Shown here piece by piece: positions 19,137-28,404 of a stretch of DNA of 64,000 bases. This stretch comes from Candidatus Marinacidobacterales bacterium (GTDB lineage: Bacteria > Acidobacteriota > Vicinamibacteria > Marinacidobacterales > DATDRI01): positions 4,960,001 through 5,024,000 of the forward strand of contig OZ245365.1 in the NCBI GenBank assembly GCA_965226495.1. The letters are read 5' to 3'. Position 1 is the stretch's first letter. Each line of letters starts with the position of its first letter. The notes beneath the pieces are model-generated. The model searched no databases. It saw nothing but the letters and a program-made list of their open reading frames with translations, and was not told the DNA's origin. The position numbers were made by a program, and so were the translations under genes.

Positions 19137-19535
19137 CTAGCCCTGCGTCCCCACTCGCTCGGGCTCGATGTAATAGAGGACGCGCACTTCCTCGGGCGTG
19201 CGGTAAGGGTATTGGTCCTGGTCCAGGTACTTCTTCGCCATTTTATCTATATGGGCATCCGCACCCTCTTCGGTAATCTTTGCAACCCGCCCCCGAATCA
19301 TAATCGCGGCATAGGGATTGTCGGGGTCGGTGACCGAGAGCGCGACGCGCGGATCAGCGCGCATGTTTCTATCCTTCAATCGTCCCTTGGCAGAATTGAC
19401 GACGATATAGTCCCCCTCGGTGTCGACCCAGACCGGACTGACCTGCGGACTACCGTCCTTCATTCGTGTCGCGAGGTGGACGAAGGCTTTTTTTGAAAAA
19501 ACCCCCCTCTGTTCTTCAGATAGTTTCTGCGTCAT
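19137..19535 (-). CDS. PPOX-class (pyridoxamine 5'-phosphate oxidase-like) flavin/F420-binding oxidoreductase
   Basis: Start MTQKL; LATRMKDGSPQVSPVW, KDRNMRADPRVAL, AKKYL. Confidence 0.85.
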   Translation of the reverse strand: MTQKLSEEQRGVFSKKAFVHLATRMKDGSPQVSPVWVDTEGDYIVVNSAKGRLKDRNMRADPRVALSVTDPDNPYAAIMIRGRVAKITEEGADAHIDKMAKKYLDQDQYPYRTPEEVRVLYYIEPERVGTQG

Positions 19536-19624
19536 GACTTGCCTCCACTGGAAAATTGGACCCCACAGTCTAGCAGAACAATCGGTTTTGGGGCGGCGGG
19601 CGTATCGGGGGGGGTGGGCGAGCT

Positions 19625-21178
19625 CTATTCGCCGAACTTGATGCCCTGCGCGAGTGGCAGGTCTTGAGACCAGTTGATGGTATTGGTCTGGCGACGCATA
19701 TAGGCCTTCCAAGCGTCCGACCCTGACTCGCGGCCGCCGCCGGTCTCTTTTTCGCCACCGAAGGCGCCACCGATCTCGGCGCCCGACGTTCCAATATTGA
19801 CGTTAGCGATCCCGCAGTCGGAGCCGCGAGCGGAAAGAAACGTCTCCACCGTCCGCATACTATCGGTGAAGATCGCACTCGAAAGCCCCTGTGGCACATC
19901 GTTGTGAATCTGAACGGCCTCTTCTAGATCGCCGTACTCCAGGAGGTAAAGAATCGGGGCAAACGTTTCTTCTTTGACGATGTCTGCCTGCTTGGGCATC
20001 TTCACAATCGTCGGCTCGACGAAATTGGCCCCTAGATCCTCCCGCTTCTTCCCCCCGGCAACGATCTCTCCGCCCTCCTTCTTTGCACGCTCGAGGGCCT
20101 TGAACATATCGTCGACCGCCGTCGAGTTCACCAGCGGCCCCATCAGAACTCCCTCCTCGAGAGGATCCCCGAGGCGCACCTGACGATAAGCATCGACCAA
20201 CCGCGTAGTGAGTTTCTCGCTGATGTCTCTCTGTACGATGATGCGACGCGTCGTAGTACATCGCTGTCCTGACGTCCCGACCGCACCGAACAGGATGGCG
20301 CGCACCGCCAGATCCAAAGGCGCGTCTTCGGCGACGACGATCGCGTTGTTCCCCCCCAGTTCGAGGATGGTCCGCCCAAAACGTTTCGAAACCGTCTCCG
20401 CCACTCGACGGCCCACTTTCGTTGAACCGGTGAAGGAGACCAAGGGGACACGAGGATCGTTCAGCATCGCCTCGCCCACCTCACCGCCTGATCCGATGGC
20501 GAGCGTGAAGATACCTTCGAGGCCGTGATCGGTCATCACCCGATTAGCGATATTTTGGATCGCGATCGCCGTGAGAGGTACTTCGGTGGACGGCTTCCAC
20601 AAAACCGGATCGCCACACACGTTCGCAATCGCGGCGTTCCAGGACCACACCGCTGCCGGGAAATTGAATGCAGTGATGATCCCCACCACACCCAAGGGGT
20701 GCCATTGCTCGTACATCCGATGGCTGGGCCGTTCGGAATGCATCGTCAGCCCATAGAGTTGCCGAGAGAGTCCGACCGCGAAGTCGCAAATGTCGATCAT
20801 CTCCTGCACTTCGCCGTGCCCCTCGGACCTCAGCTTGCCCATCTCGAGAGAAACCAAATCGCCGAGGGGCTCCTTGAGCTCGCGCAGCGCTTCTCCAAGG
20901 TCGCGGACGACTTGACCACGCTGCGGAGCCGGGACCGCGCGCCAAGCCTGAAACGCGGAATGCGCGCTGGAAGCCACTGTCTCGTACGATGTGGTGGTCG
21001 CTTGAACGATCTTGGCGATGGGCTCTCCGGTCGTTGGGTTGAAGGAAATTATCTCCTTGCCATTCGGATCCTCGATCCAACCATCGGGCCCGGTGCAGGC
21101 CCCCGCATTGACTTCCTTGATTCCCAGCTTTTCCAAGATCGCCTTCACCGTCTTAGACCCTTCCCGATGTTCAATCAC
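19625..21178 (-). CDS. ALDH7/antiquitin-type aldehyde dehydrogenase (piperideine-6-carboxylate dehydrogenase-like)
   Basis: GEVQEMIDICDFAVGLSRQLYG, GTSGQRCTT, TSGAEIGGAFGGEKETGGGRESGSD. Confidence 0.9.
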   Translation of the reverse strand: MIEHREGSKTVKAILEKLGIKEVNAGACTGPDGWIEDPNGKEIISFNPTTGEPIAKIVQATTTSYETVASSAHSAFQAWRAVPAPQRGQVVRDLGEALRELKEPLGDLVSLEMGKLRSEGHGEVQEMIDICDFAVGLSRQLYGLTMHSERPSHRMYEQWHPLGVVGIITAFNFPAAVWSWNAAIANVCGDPVLWKPSTEVPLTAIAIQNIANRVMTDHGLEGIFTLAIGSGGEVGEAMLNDPRVPLVSFTGSTKVGRRVAETVSKRFGRTILELGGNNAIVVAEDAPLDLAVRAILFGAVGTSGQRCTTTRRIIVQRDISEKLTTRLVDAYRQVRLGDPLEEGVLMGPLVNSTAVDDMFKALERAKKEGGEIVAGGKKREDLGANFVEPTIVKMPKQADIVKEETFAPILYLLEYGDLEEAVQIHNDVPQGLSSAIFTDSMRTVETFLSARGSDCGIANVNIGTSGAEIGGAFGGEKETGGGRESGSDAWKAYMRRQTNTINWSQDLPLAQGIKFGE

Positions 21179-21408
21179 ACCTTAGGCTTCGGCGGCGGGA
21201 GAGCAAAGGCCTTTGCTTCGTGACTAAACCCTGCACGATTGTGAGATCCGTCGCAGAACGGCTTGTTCTCGGAATTGCCGCATCGACACAACCCGATGAC
21301 TTCTCGACCGGCGAGGTCATAGTTGTTACCCTCGCCGTCCTCGATTGTGAAATTTCCCTTTATTCGAAGTGGACCATTTTTGGAAACGGTGATTTCGCTA
21401 TCCGCCAT
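21175..21408 (-). CDS. CDGSH iron-sulfur domain protein
   Basis: LCRCGNSENKPFCDGSH. Confidence 0.92.
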   Translation of the reverse strand: MADSEITVSKNGPLRIKGNFTIEDGEGNNYDLAGREVIGLCRCGNSENKPFCDGSHNRAGFSHEAKAFALPPPKPKV

Positions 21409-21458
21409 CCTTCACCTCCTTGCTCTTGTTTTGACTCGTAGTATACCATTCAGGAACT

Positions 21459-21752
21459 ATGCCAGAAGATGATGGACCCAAGAGCGCAGTCGAGCTCGCC
21501 ATGGAAAAGCTCCGCGCGCGGGGGGACTTCACAGAGACGTCGTTGACCGACGCACAAAAGGCCGAGATCGCAGACATACGAAGCCTTTACAAATCGAAGA
21601 TCGCCGAGCACGAGATCCATGAAGCGGCCAAGATGAAGCAGGCCACCACTCTGGAGGAGCTCGAGACCATGAAAGAGGCCTTGGCCAAGGAGAAAGGGCG
21701 TCTTAGCAACGAGATGGAAGACAAGGTCAAGAAGATTCGTAGCAGTAAGTAA
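21459..21752 (+). CDS. Small coiled-coil hypothetical protein
   Basis: PKSAVELAMEKL start, highly charged helical sequence, RBS AGGA. Confidence 0.7.
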   Translation: MPEDDGPKSAVELAMEKLRARGDFTETSLTDAQKAEIADIRSLYKSKIAEHEIHEAAKMKQATTLEELETMKEALAKEKGRLSNEMEDKVKKIRSSK

Positions 21753-21877
21753 TCCGCATCATCACAGTCCTCCAACTATTTGAATTTTCCGTTAACCGCT
21801 CCTGTGTCCGCCCGTTCGCCATCGACCGGTCTCTGCAGTAAAGTAAGGACGGGAGAGAAGAGGGGTAGCGGAAAAAT

Positions 21878-23029
21878 ATGAAGATCGCAATCACCTGCTA
21901 TCCTACTCACGGCGGAAGCGGCGTCATCGCTTCCGAGCTCGCACTGGGTCTCGCCGAGCGGGGCCATACGATCCACATCGTCAGCTACGCGGTTCCCTTT
22001 CGACTTCGAACGTTCCATCCCAACGTGCGCATCCACGAAGTAGAGGTGGCCAGCTATCCCCTCTTCAAATACCCGCCCTACACGCTAGGGTTGGCCACGA
22101 AGTTGGCGGAAGTGGCAACCGAGCAAGAGGTCGATGTTATCCACGCCCACTACGCCGTCCCCCACGCGGTGAGCGCCTTGCTCGCCAAACAGATCCTGGG
22201 CGGTGACTCGCCAAAGGTCATCACGACCCTTCACGGAACCGACATTACCCTGGTGGGGGCCGACGAGTCGTTTCATCGCGTTATTCGCTTCGCGATCGAC
22301 TCTTCGGATGGGGTGACCGCGGTATCCAAGTACCTTCAGCGACGAACCGTGGAACAGTTCGGACCCAAAGGACCGGTCGAAGTCATCTACAACTTCGTCA
22401 ACACCACGAGATGTCAGCGCACCACCGAAAAGTGCACCCGCGGGCACTGGGCGCCCAACGGTGAGAAGATCTTGATGCACGCTTCTAACTTCCGACCGGT
22501 GAAGCGCGTTACCGACGTGGTTCGAATCTTCGACCGAGTACAGAAACAAATACCGTCCAAACTCTTGCTGGTGGGCGCAGGACCAGAACGGATGTTCGTT
22601 CAACAGCTCGTGAAAGAGCTCCGCCTGACCGAGCATGTGCACTTCCTGGGTGAGCAGGACTACTTAGAGAGCCTGCTCAGTTGCGCGGATCTCTTCGTGC
22701 TGCCCAGCGAGCAAGAGAGCTTCGGTTTGGTCGCTCTGGAAGCCATGAGCTGCGAGGTTCCGGTAATAGGCGCGAGCATCGGAGGATTGCCCGAGGTGGT
22801 CGCTCATGGCGAGACCGGGTTCTTGTTTCCAGTCGGCGAGATCAAGCAAATGGCCGACGCCGCCACAGAACTTCTCGCAAACGAGCAGGAGCTTGCACGG
22901 TTTCGCCGATGCGCCCGCCAATGGGCGGTGGAGCACTTCGATTCCGAAAAAATCATCCCCCAATACGAGCAATTCTACAAAGAGGTGCTCGAGACCGGGT
23001 CGAAAACGATCCAAAAAACGGTTTCTTGA
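21878..23029 (+). CDS. bshA: N-acetyl-alpha-D-glucosaminyl L-malate synthase (bacillithiol biosynthesis)
   Basis: [55 protein letters not shown]. Confidence 0.92.
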   Translation: MKIAITCYPTHGGSGVIASELALGLAERGHTIHIVSYAVPFRLRTFHPNVRIHEVEVASYPLFKYPPYTLGLATKLAEVATEQEVDVIHAHYAVPHAVSALLAKQILGGDSPKVITTLHGTDITLVGADESFHRVIRFAIDSSDGVTAVSKYLQRRTVEQFGPKGPVEVIYNFVNTTRCQRTTEKCTRGHWAPNGEKILMHASNFRPVKRVTDVVRIFDRVQKQIPSKLLLVGAGPERMFVQQLVKELRLTEHVHFLGEQDYLESLLSCADLFVLPSEQESFGLVALEAMSCEVPVIGASIGGLPEVVAHGETGFLFPVGEIKQMADAATELLANEQELARFRRCARQWAVEHFDSEKIIPQYEQFYKEVLETGSKTIQKTVS

Positions 23030-23061
23030 TCGCGATCCGGTTTGCGGCTAGTCTCGCCTCT

Positions 23062-23559
23062 ATGCGTTGGCCCTGGCTGCTTCTGAACTGCGTGTTCATC
23101 GCCTGCGCCCAACCACCCACCCAAGAAATAAACATCACCACGGAGCGAGTGGCGCGAGCTCGAGAGGCGGAAGCCCACATTTACGCGGATGTCTTCTTGG
23201 CCGAAGCGGAAGCCGCGCTGACCGAAGCCCGCCAAAATCTCGACGCGAAACGCTACCGCGCTGCGGTGGAAGCGGCGTCATTGGCGAGCTTACGAGCCGA
23301 CGAAGCCTATGCACGCGCCGTTCTCCGAAAACAGAGGATGGAGCGACGGGCGAGACGGCAGCTGCGAGAGGTCTTGGCTTTGCTCGACCAGGCCCGCAGC
23401 CGTGGCACCGCTCCCCAATCGGTGAAACCGCTGGCCGACCATTTGGGCGAACTGGAGAGAGCCTTTCGGCGAGGAGGATCGCCCTACGAGATCTTCGAGG
23501 CAAGTGCCGAACTCAAAAACAATTCGCTCGAGTTATTGGGTCGATCCAATCGGCGATGA
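23062..23559 (+). CDS. Putative helical lipoprotein (DUF4398-like)
   Basis: MRWPWLLLNCVFIAC lipobox followed by PPTQEI and Ala-rich helices. Confidence 0.6.
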   Translation: MRWPWLLLNCVFIACAQPPTQEINITTERVARAREAEAHIYADVFLAEAEAALTEARQNLDAKRYRAAVEAASLASLRADEAYARAVLRKQRMERRARRQLREVLALLDQARSRGTAPQSVKPLADHLGELERAFRRGGSPYEIFEASAELKNNSLELLGRSNRR

Positions 23560-24411
23560 GTCGAAGGTACCCTCCGCCACGACCACCGACTCTCCGGTAA
23601 CGTAAACTTCCTGCCGGTTCTCCCAATGGACCTCGAGTTTGCCCCCCGGACATTCGACGGTGACCCGATCGTCAGTTTTGCCGTTCAACATGGAGGCCAC
23701 CGCCGCGGCGGCCGAGCCGGTCCCAGAGGCCTCAGTTTCGCCCGCGCCACGTTCCCATATGCGCATCGCGATCTCGGAACGGCTCCGGACCGAAACGAAC
23801 TCCGCGTTGGTCTTCCGGGGAAAACGGGAATGGTTCTCGATGAGTGGACCCAACTCGAGTACAACGTCACGATCGAGTCGGTCGACGAAGACGACACAAT
23901 GCGGATTCCCCATCGAGACCGCGGTGATCTCGAGGGTGCGTCCGGCAACCTCTAGAGGGACGCCTTTCACTGGCTCTTGAGGTGGATCTATTTGAAACGG
24001 AATCTCGGCGCTCGCCAACCGAGGTGCACCCATCGCAGCTTTGAAGACGACTCGCGGACCGGTCGCCTCGATGAACTCCAACGTACGCGTGCCGGAACCG
24101 GTCTCGACGACGATCGCGGCATCCCTCGCCAGACCGGAAAGCCTCAGGTGCGCACCCAGGCAACGTAGACCATTGCCGGAAATCTCCGCATAACTGCCGT
24201 CTTGATTGAGCAGGGTCATGGAGAACGAATCGCCTCCCGCCGTTTCGAAGACAACGAGTCCATCGGCACCGACTCCGCGGCGGCGATGGCACATCGACCG
24301 AGCGAGCGCAGGCCACGCGTCCGGTGTCGGCAGCTCCCTCCGATCCACGATGAGAAAATCGTTTCCCAGCGCATGCGTCTTGGCAAACTTGACGAGTTTA
24401 GGAGCGGTCAT
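23533..24411 (-). CDS. dapF: Diaminopimelate epimerase with Ser at both catalytic positions
   Basis: HALGNDF, GADG, EISGNG, SMGNPH, TNAEF, WERGAGETEASGTGS. Confidence 0.88.
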   Translation of the reverse strand: MTAPKLVKFAKTHALGNDFLIVDRRELPTPDAWPALARSMCHRRRGVGADGLVVFETAGGDSFSMTLLNQDGSYAEISGNGLRCLGAHLRLSGLARDAAIVVETGSGTRTLEFIEATGPRVVFKAAMGAPRLASAEIPFQIDPPQEPVKGVPLEVAGRTLEITAVSMGNPHCVVFVDRLDRDVVLELGPLIENHSRFPRKTNAEFVSVRSRSEIAMRIWERGAGETEASGTGSAAAAVASMLNGKTDDRVTVECPGGKLEVHWENRQEVYVTGESVVVAEGTFDSSPIGSTQ

Positions 24412-25007
24412 CTCGGATCTTCTTCGTATCGCTCGGGCGCCGATGTCTCGGGCAACGTCTCTAGAGGGGCGGAATCCGCACGGCGTCTCACGTAGACAAG
24501 CGCGGCGCCATCGTAAAGCGCATGCACCAAAGCCGGGACGAACAGATTACCGCTTGCCTGGTACAAAGCTCCGAGGAGAACTCCCATGCCGGTTGCCCAG
24601 AGAGCCAACGGCCATAGTTCCCGACTCGGGCCGTGAAGCAGTCCGAAAACCACGCTCGCGATCCAAATGCCGAACTCATCCTGAAGCACGCCTCTGAAGA
24701 GTAGCTCTTCTCCTAGACCGGCCAGCGCAGCCACCACCAGAAGATCGGAAACGGAAGCTCGACGAAAGAGAGGGAAGACCTCCGATTCCAGGAAAGCGTG
24801 GACCGCGGCCGGATGTCCAGCCCGCTTCCCGATAAAATAGAGAGAGAAGTTCGCGGCCAGGAAGACCGCGGTCGCGACAAGCGCCACACCAACGGCACCG
24901 ACGTCGACCCAAAAGGGGATACCAACCCCACGAAACCAAGCCCAAACCATCGCCAAGATTGCGAGCCCACCTTCTCCGAGCATCAACCAACGAAGAGAAG
25001 TTTTCAT
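24408..25007 (-). CDS. CPBP/CAAX family intramembrane metalloprotease
   Basis: EELLFRG, FGLLH, HALYD. Confidence 0.88.
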   Translation of the reverse strand: MKTSLRWLMLGEGGLAILAMVWAWFRGVGIPFWVDVGAVGVALVATAVFLAANFSLYFIGKRAGHPAAVHAFLESEVFPLFRRASVSDLLVVAALAGLGEELLFRGVLQDEFGIWIASVVFGLLHGPSRELWPLALWATGMGVLLGALYQASGNLFVPALVHALYDGAALVYVRRRADSAPLETLPETSAPERYEEDPR

Positions 25008-26020
25008 TGCTTCGTGTCGGGATCAAAGGTGTCAGGAGCAAACGGGAAATTACCGAAGCCGTAGATCTCGGCGCTACCCATTCCTTCCGGCATCTGCCGC
25101 CAGGTCATGGCCCCGTCCGAAGTCTTGAAGACCCCGCGACGGGTACCAACCATGACATCGCTACCGCCGGGAGCCTTCGGCATAGGAATGGAAAGTGTCA
25201 GGACATTCTCTTCCTCGAGCTCTGCGGAAGCCGACTCCCAAGTCTCGCCCGCATCGTGCGAGATGAAGAGTCCTTCGTCGGTCCCTGCGAAGAGCGAGCT
25301 CCCCCACCAATAAATGCCAGGCACGCGCCGCTGGGCCCAATCCGATCCGCCGACCGGCTCGAAGTGTTCACCTCCATCGCGACTCCGATACACCCCCGCG
25401 CCCTCCAAACCGACGAAGACGACGGGCTCCAGACCGAAGTATCCCGACAGCGTGACGGAGAGGACGGCAACCGGTGGAAGCCCTTCTCCTAGCTGTTCCC
25501 AGCTATCTCCGATGTCGTCGGTTCTAAAGAAACCCCGCGACGCGGCGACGAACAAAGAGGGTCCCGGCCAATTCATCGCGTACACCGAACCCGTGATGAG
25601 GTCTTCGGCGACGTGCTCCCATTTCTCTTCTCCCGCCACCCGCGATCGGTACAAACCATTCCGGGTACCGATGAAAATCACTGGCTCGGACGGGTAGTAG
25701 AGAGACGTGAGAATCGAGACAACCTCGCCCCCTTCCCAGGTCTCCATCTTCCGCCACGATTCCCCGAAATCGTCCGACACAAAGAGGCCTTCGGGTCCGC
25801 CCGCGAATGCCTTCGGCCCGATGCAATGCCAGACGCGGATACTCAGAGGAAGACGGTGGCGAAGTGTCTCCCAGTACTCACCCCAGCTGTGAGAAACGTA
25901 GGGGCCTTGGGAGGTCGCCACGAACAGGCGCGCGAGGGATTGCGCACCTGTTTGCTGGAACGACAGGAAAAAGGACAAAAGTAAGAGTGCTAGGATTTTT
26001 GGAGGTCTTGTGCCGGTCAT
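25004..26020 (-). CDS. Secreted BNR/Asp-box beta-propeller protein
   Basis: Signal peptide; repeated SxDxGxxW motifs. Confidence 0.8.
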   Translation of the reverse strand: MTGTRPPKILALLLLSFFLSFQQTGAQSLARLFVATSQGPYVSHSWGEYWETLRHRLPLSIRVWHCIGPKAFAGGPEGLFVSDDFGESWRKMETWEGGEVVSILTSLYYPSEPVIFIGTRNGLYRSRVAGEEKWEHVAEDLITGSVYAMNWPGPSLFVAASRGFFRTDDIGDSWEQLGEGLPPVAVLSVTLSGYFGLEPVVFVGLEGAGVYRSRDGGEHFEPVGGSDWAQRRVPGIYWWGSSLFAGTDEGLFISHDAGETWESASAELEEENVLTLSIPMPKAPGGSDVMVGTRRGVFKTSDGAMTWRQMPEGMGSAEIYGFGNFPFAPDTFDPDTKQ

Positions 26021-26039
26021 TCTTGTGCTCTAGAGCCAA

Positions 26040-26507
26040 TCAATTCGCACGCTCCGACGGCCTATCCCGGCTATTCAAGATGAGCGTCACTGGGCCATCA
26101 TTGACGAGTGAGACCGCCATCATGGCTCCAAATGTGCCGGTCGCAACCGAAAGCGTTGCGTCCTGGCGGAGCATGTCGACGAACCGCTCGTAGAGGCTCT
26201 CCGCCTGTTCTGGATGTGCCGCCTTGGCGAAGCTCGGTCGTCGCCCTTTGCGACAATCGCCGAGCAACGTGAACTGAGAGACGACCAATGCGGATCCCGC
26301 AGCCTCCTTGATGGAAAGGTTCATTTTACCCTGCGAGTCCGGAAAGATTCGCAGCGACCCAATTTTCTCGGCAAGCCACTTGGCGTCCGCTTCGTCGTCT
26401 TCGCCGGCGACCCCAAGAAGGATCAGCAGCCCCTTTCCGATCTCTCCGACCGTTCGCTCGTCGACTAAAACCCGCGCCGACGTGACTCGCTGCAGGACGG
26501 CTTTCAT
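26040..26507 (-). CDS. dtd: D-aminoacyl-tRNA deacylase
   Basis: [31 protein letters not shown]. Confidence 0.95.
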   Translation of the reverse strand: MKAVLQRVTSARVLVDERTVGEIGKGLLILLGVAGEDDEADAKWLAEKIGSLRIFPDSQGKMNLSIKEAAGSALVVSQFTLLGDCRKGRRPSFAKAAHPEQAESLYERFVDMLRQDATLSVATGTFGAMMAVSLVNDGPVTLILNSRDRPSERAN

Positions 26508-26541
26508 TTTTTCTTGCTCATGTTCGCGTCGTCTCCCTTCA

Positions 26542-28296
26542 TCACCCGTCGTCATCCGTCGGGGGGCGTCGTTCTCGGACGCCGAACGCCCTCAGGACGT
26601 CGAGCAAGCTCACAACGCCTTCGAGTGTGTGAACATTCGCGCGGGATACCACCGGAAGCAGATCGAAGCCGGTAGACCCCATGCGTTCCAACGCCAAATC
26701 GAGGGAGTGGTCGGGATGTACGTGGGGGAATCGTCTCCAGTCAACGAGATCTCCGATCTTTTTCTCGCCCTCGCCCTCACCGGACGCGGCATCCAGCTGA
26801 ACGAGTGATATCACACCCCACACCCCCTTTTCGTCGGCTACCGGCCATGCGGACAGGCTACTACGACTTCCCCGCTCCAGAGCCTCCGTCACGGTCATTT
26901 GGGGCGAGAGCAACTCGCTCGGTGCATGCATCGCTAGCCGCACCGGCAAATGTCTTTTCCCGGTCTCCACCCCCGGTAGGTGAATGCCTTCCTGTAGGGC
27001 AAGGGCTTCGTAGATCGGTTGACGCTGCAATTTATACGAAACGAAGAAGCTAATAAGGTTGGAGATCATCAGCGGAACGATGATGGCGTAGTCGTGAGTG
27101 AATTCGAAGATCATGATCACCGAAGTCATCGGCACCCTTAGAATGCCGGCGAACGCGGTTCCCATGCCGACGAGCGCGTACGCACCGGGGGTAGCGGTGA
27201 CCTCGGGAAAGAGAAAATGCGCCACGCTCCCTACCGTTCCTCCAACCATCGCTCCGATGAAAAGGCTAGGTCCGAAAATGCCGCCGGCGTTACCCGATGC
27301 GTAGGACGTCACGACTGCTATCAACTTCAACACGACGAGTACGGCCATCATCTGGATGGCCATCTTTCCATTCAACGCATCGCCCACCGAGTCGTAACCT
27401 ACGCCGAGAACCGCCGGCACAAAGAAGCCCAGCACGCCCACCACCACCCCCCCCACCGCGGGCTGAACCCAACGCGTTTTACGAGGCATGTTCAGAAATC
27501 GCTCGCGCAGCCGGAGAATCGTTTTGACGAAGACGACCGACACCAGGCCACCGATCAAACCGAGCAGCGCGTAGATTGCGAACTCGATCGGGTGCACGAC
27601 TTGGTACTCGGGAACGTGAAAGAGGGGCTCATCGCCCAAACTCAATCGAAGGACCAGCCACGACGTCGCGGAGCTCAAGACGACAAAGCCCAATCCCGGA
27701 GCATGGAGGTTTCCGACCACTTCTTCCATGGCGAACAAAACGGCGGCGATCGGTGTATTGAAGGCGGCAGCGAGCGCCGCAGAGGACCCGACCGGCAGTA
27801 GCGACTGAACCTTTTCACGTGGCAGACCGAGCGTTCTTCCAACGACGGAGGCGATACCCGCCCCCATCTGAACCGATGGGCCTTCCCGGCCAAGGGCGAT
27901 CCCGCTGGCGAGAGCGGTGGATGAACAAAAAAACTTGCCGAAGACCGTCCGGAAGCTGATGAACCCGCCCTGGGCGAAAAGCGCCGCCTTGGTTTGTGGA
28001 ATGCCGCTACCTCGCGCCTCAGGAAAGTAACGATAGAGCAGAATGCCGGTACCGAGAGCGCCGACAATAGGAACAAGGATGCGCCGCCAAGACTCTCCGT
28101 CCGGGGGATAAAGGGCCTCCCCCAAGCCCTCGGTAACGAGGATGAAGGCCACCACCGCCAACCCCACCAGCGCACCAATGAAGAGCGTGAGTACGAGGAA
28201 GACTTGGTCTTCATTCCTATCGGCGAGCTCTCGGAAGCGCTCTTGTAGGCGGAGTCTCCAGGTTGCGGGGATCGATTCGGTCGGCGTAGTGCTCAT
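26542..28296 (-). CDS. ClC chloride channel / Cl-/H+ antiporter with C-terminal CBS domains
   Basis: GSGIP, GREGP, GGIFGP, IYE, CBS pair. Confidence 0.92.
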   Translation of the reverse strand: MSTTPTESIPATWRLRLQERFRELADRNEDQVFLVLTLFIGALVGLAVVAFILVTEGLGEALYPPDGESWRRILVPIVGALGTGILLYRYFPEARGSGIPQTKAALFAQGGFISFRTVFGKFFCSSTALASGIALGREGPSVQMGAGIASVVGRTLGLPREKVQSLLPVGSSAALAAAFNTPIAAVLFAMEEVVGNLHAPGLGFVVLSSATSWLVLRLSLGDEPLFHVPEYQVVHPIEFAIYALLGLIGGLVSVVFVKTILRLRERFLNMPRKTRWVQPAVGGVVVGVLGFFVPAVLGVGYDSVGDALNGKMAIQMMAVLVVLKLIAVVTSYASGNAGGIFGPSLFIGAMVGGTVGSVAHFLFPEVTATPGAYALVGMGTAFAGILRVPMTSVIMIFEFTHDYAIIVPLMISNLISFFVSYKLQRQPIYEALALQEGIHLPGVETGKRHLPVRLAMHAPSELLSPQMTVTEALERGSRSSLSAWPVADEKGVWGVISLVQLDAASGEGEGEKKIGDLVDWRRFPHVHPDHSLDLALERMGSTGFDLLPVVSRANVHTLEGVVSLLDVLRAFGVRERRPPTDDDG

Positions 28297-28359
28297 CGTC
28301 TGGAAAGCCAGACATTATACACCTTTAGAGCGTGTGAGGATTTCTCTTCTTCCGTTACT

Positions 28360-28392
28360 CCCTCTCCCTTTGGGAGAGGGCCTGGGTGAGGG
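28360..28392 (-). repeat. REP-like palindrome CCCTCACCC-Nx-CCCTCTCCC-NNN-GGGAGAGGG, copy 1
   Basis: Same element as 46074-46105, in the opposite orientation; just downstream of a stop codon. Confidence 0.8.
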
Positions 28393-28404
28393 TATGGACG
28401 AAAC

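Noticed and set aside
19137-19535. Evidence for F420 biosynthesis from the PPOX-class gene
   Set aside because: Family members also bind FMN or heme, and no cof/fbi genes are in the window.
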